IMG/VR virus record: IMGVR_UViG_2651869780_000012
Length of the DNA: 8,872 bases
Direction: 5' to 3' (one strand)
DNA from: a virus
Taxonomy: Duplodnaviria > Heunggongvirae > Uroviricota > Caudoviricetes
In this document: piece after piece, positions 7,197 to 8,872 of the stretch
Layout: the number at the start of each line of letters is the position of its first letter
How positions within the stretch are numbered: the stretch's first letter is position 1
Notes under the pieces: model-generated
Told to the model about the DNA's origin: nothing
Seen by the model: only the letters and a program-made list of their open reading frames with translations
The model's database searches: none
Program-made: the position numbers and the translations under genes

Positions 7197-7542
7197 TTTT
7201 CAGAATGCCTTTGATGCCGCCCTTGCCGGGGTGGACAGTACGATTGTTGAAGTGATGGGCATCAGTGCGCAGTTCACCTCCGGTGCACAGCGTGGCGGCG
7301 AAGTTCAGGGGGTTTTTGACGATCCGGAGTCGCTGGGGTTTGCCAGTAGCGGGATCCGTATTGAAGGAAGCAGCCCGTCATTATTTGTGCGGACGGATAC
7401 GGTTCGTGCCGTGCGGCGTGGTGACACGCTGACCATTAATGGTGAGACATTCTGGGTGGATCGTGTTTCTCCGGATGACGGGGGCAGTTGTTATCTCTGG
7501 CTCAACCGTGGGCAACCACCCGCAGTTAACCGGCGACGATAA
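7189..7542 (+). CDS. FII: Head-tail connector protein FII-like, 117 aa
   Basis: MRDFQNAFDAALAG...GVFDDPESLGFASSGIRIEGSSPSLFVRTDTVRAVRRGDTLTINGETFWVDRVSPDDGGSCYLWLNRGQPPAVNRRR closely matches lambda FII (MADFDNLFDAAIA...GVFDDPENISYAGQGVRVEGSSPSLFVRTDEVRQLRRGDTLTI...FWVDRVSPDDGGSCHLWLGRGVPPAVNRRR). Start at 7189 by homology; overlaps the FI stop by 8 nt. Confidence 0.9.
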   Translation: MRDFQNAFDAALAGVDSTIVEVMGISAQFTSGAQRGGEVQGVFDDPESLGFASSGIRIEGSSPSLFVRTDTVRAVRRGDTLTINGETFWVDRVSPDDGGSCYLWLNRGQPPAVNRRR

Positions 7543-7556
7543 ACGCAGGGTGAATT

Positions 7557-8132
7557 ATGGCGATAAAAGGGCTTGATCAGGCGATTGAAAATCTGAGCCG
7601 GGTTCGTAAAAACGCCATTCCGGCGGCTTCAGCAATGGCCATTAACCGCGTGGCCACAACGGCGATTAATCAGTCTTCGTCACAGGTTGCCCGGGAGACC
7701 AGGGTGAGCCGGAAACTGGTAAAGGAACGGTCCAGACTGAAACGGGCCACGGTCAGAAATCCGAATGCCAAAATTATCGTTAACCGCGGTGATCTCCCGG
7801 CTATTAAGCTGGGGATCAGGATGCTTGGTCATCGTCCGAACAGCATACTTAAAGCCGGTCAGCATCGTTATCAGCGGGCATTCATCCAGCGATTAAATAA
7901 TGGGCGCTGGCATGTTATGCAACGTTTGCCAGAAGCCCGGTATGCGAAGGGCAATGACGATAAAGGAAGGAAAAAGCGTAATCGTCTTCCCATTCAGGTG
8001 GTTAAAATTCCGATGGCGGCCCCACTGAAGCAGGCTTTTGATGAGAACGTTAACCGTATCCGGCGAGAACGTCTGCCAAAAGAACTGGCATCCGCGCTGA
8101 AACAACAACTGAGGATTGCAATAAAACGATGA
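7557..8132 (+). CDS. Z: Minor tail protein Z-like (tail completion), 191 aa
   Basis: MAIKGLDQAIENLSR...AMAINRVATTAINQSSSQVARETRVSRKLVKERSRLKRATVRNP...VNRGDLPAIKLG...AFIQRLNNGRWHVMQR...VVKIPMAAPL...[25 protein letters not shown] is near-collinear with lambda gpZ (192 aa). Confidence 0.95.
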   Translation: MAIKGLDQAIENLSRVRKNAIPAASAMAINRVATTAINQSSSQVARETRVSRKLVKERSRLKRATVRNPNAKIIVNRGDLPAIKLGIRMLGHRPNSILKAGQHRYQRAFIQRLNNGRWHVMQRLPEARYAKGNDDKGRKKRNRLPIQVVKIPMAAPLKQAFDENVNRIRRERLPKELASALKQQLRIAIKR

Positions 8133-8524
8133 AACACACTGACATTCGTGCCGCAGTGCTGGATGCACTCGAGCAGCATGAACACGGGGCGACGCTGTTT
8201 GATGGTCGCCCCGTTGTTTTTGACGAAGAGGATTTTCCTGCGATCGCGGTTTATCTGACGGATGCAGAGTATACCGGTGAAGAGCTGGATGCAGATACCT
8301 GGCGGGCCACGCTGCATATTGAGGTGTTTTTACCGGCACAGGTACCGGATTCAGAGCTTGATCAGTGGATGGAAAGCCGGATTTACCCGGCGATGACCGC
8401 GATCCCGGCACTGGCAGGACTGATTACCACGATGGTTACGCAGGGCTATGAGTATCGTCGTGATGACGATATGGCGTTATGGAGTTCTGCAGATCTGACT
8501 TATTCCATTACATACGAGATGTGA
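8129..8524 (+). CDS. U: Tail terminator protein U-like, 131 aa
   Basis: 131 aa, same length as lambda gpU, and highly similar throughout ([54 protein letters not shown]...[25 protein letters not shown]...YRRDDD...[14 protein letters not shown]). Start overlaps the Z stop (ATGA). Confidence 0.95.
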   Translation: MKHTDIRAAVLDALEQHEHGATLFDGRPVVFDEEDFPAIAVYLTDAEYTGEELDADTWRATLHIEVFLPAQVPDSELDQWMESRIYPAMTAIPALAGLITTMVTQGYEYRRDDDMALWSSADLTYSITYEM

Positions 8525-8531
8525 GGACGAT

Positions 8532-8872
8532 ATGGCAACACCAAATCCCCTTGAGCCGGTAAAAGGTGCCGGTACCACTCTGTGGGTTTACAACGGCAAG
8601 GGTGATGCTTATGCAAACCCGTTGTCAGACGATGACTGGCAGCGACTGGCTAAGGTGAAGGATCTGACGCCGGGCGAGATGACGGCAGAATCCTACGATG
8701 ATAACTACCTGGATGATGAAGACGCGGACTGGACCGCGACCGGGCAGGGGCAGAAATCTGCAGGTGATACCAGTTTTACGCTGGCCTGGAAACCGGGAGA
8801 GGAAGGCCAGAAAGGGCTTATAGGCTGGTTTGAAAGCGGCGATGTCCGGGCCTATAAAATCCGTTTTCCGAA
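8532..8872 (+). CDS. V: Major tail protein V-like, 5' partial (runs off the window end)
   Basis: Translation from ATG 8532 gives [86 protein letters not shown]..., very close to the lambda gpV N-terminus. RBS GAGGA 8523-8527. No stop before the window end. Confidence 0.9.
   Translation, partial: MATPNPLEPVKGAGTTLWVYNGKGDAYANPLSDDDWQRLAKVKDLTPGEMTAESYDDNYLDDEDADWTATGQGQKSAGDTSFTLAWKPGEEGQKGLIGWFESGDVRAYKIRFP

Noticed and set aside
7153-7542. Longer FII reading frame starting at ATG 7153 (or 7171)
   Set aside because: Similarity to lambda FII starts at the Met encoded at 7189 (MRDFQNAFDAA vs lambda MADFDNLFDAA), giving the same 117-aa length as lambda FII; the upstream extension lies in the FI 3' end.
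1-8872. Search for CRISPR arrays, tRNA/rRNA genes, IS elements/transposase, integrase, att-like direct repeats, toxin-antitoxin or defence-system genes
   Set aside because: None seen. No spacer-repeat periodicity, no tRNA-like structures in the short intergenic gaps, and all coding capacity is accounted for by structural genes.
8532-8872. Programmed -1 frameshift (G/G-T type slippery site) as in the lambda tail assembly chaperones
   Set aside because: That element lies downstream of V in lambda-like genomes, beyond the end of this window; within the window only the V 5' part is present and no slippery-site context was assessed as relevant.

Overview
The window is an uninterrupted, co-directional (+ strand) late morphogenesis module of a lambda-like (lambdoid) siphophage or prophage. 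Gene order matches phage lambda exactly: terminase large subunit (A), head completion W, portal B, prohead protease/scaffold C with a nested in-frame Nu3-like scaffold start, decoration protein D, major capsid E, FI, FII, minor tail Z, tail terminator U, and the 5' end of major tail protein V. The 5' edge probably carries the last codons of a small-terminase (Nu1-like) gene. Assignments rest on order, size and protein similarity to lambda proteins as I recall them; no database search was run. Genes are tightly packed with several overlapping start/stop junctions, leaving no room for moron or accessory cargo. I therefore do not see a novel defence or accessory system here. The points worth a second look are an expanded, internally triplicated motif in the C/Nu3 scaffold region, a terminator-like hairpin after E, a perfect 22-bp palindrome between D and E, and a divergent FI. 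Long minus-strand ORFs in the track look like antisense artefacts of GC-rich coding DNA.
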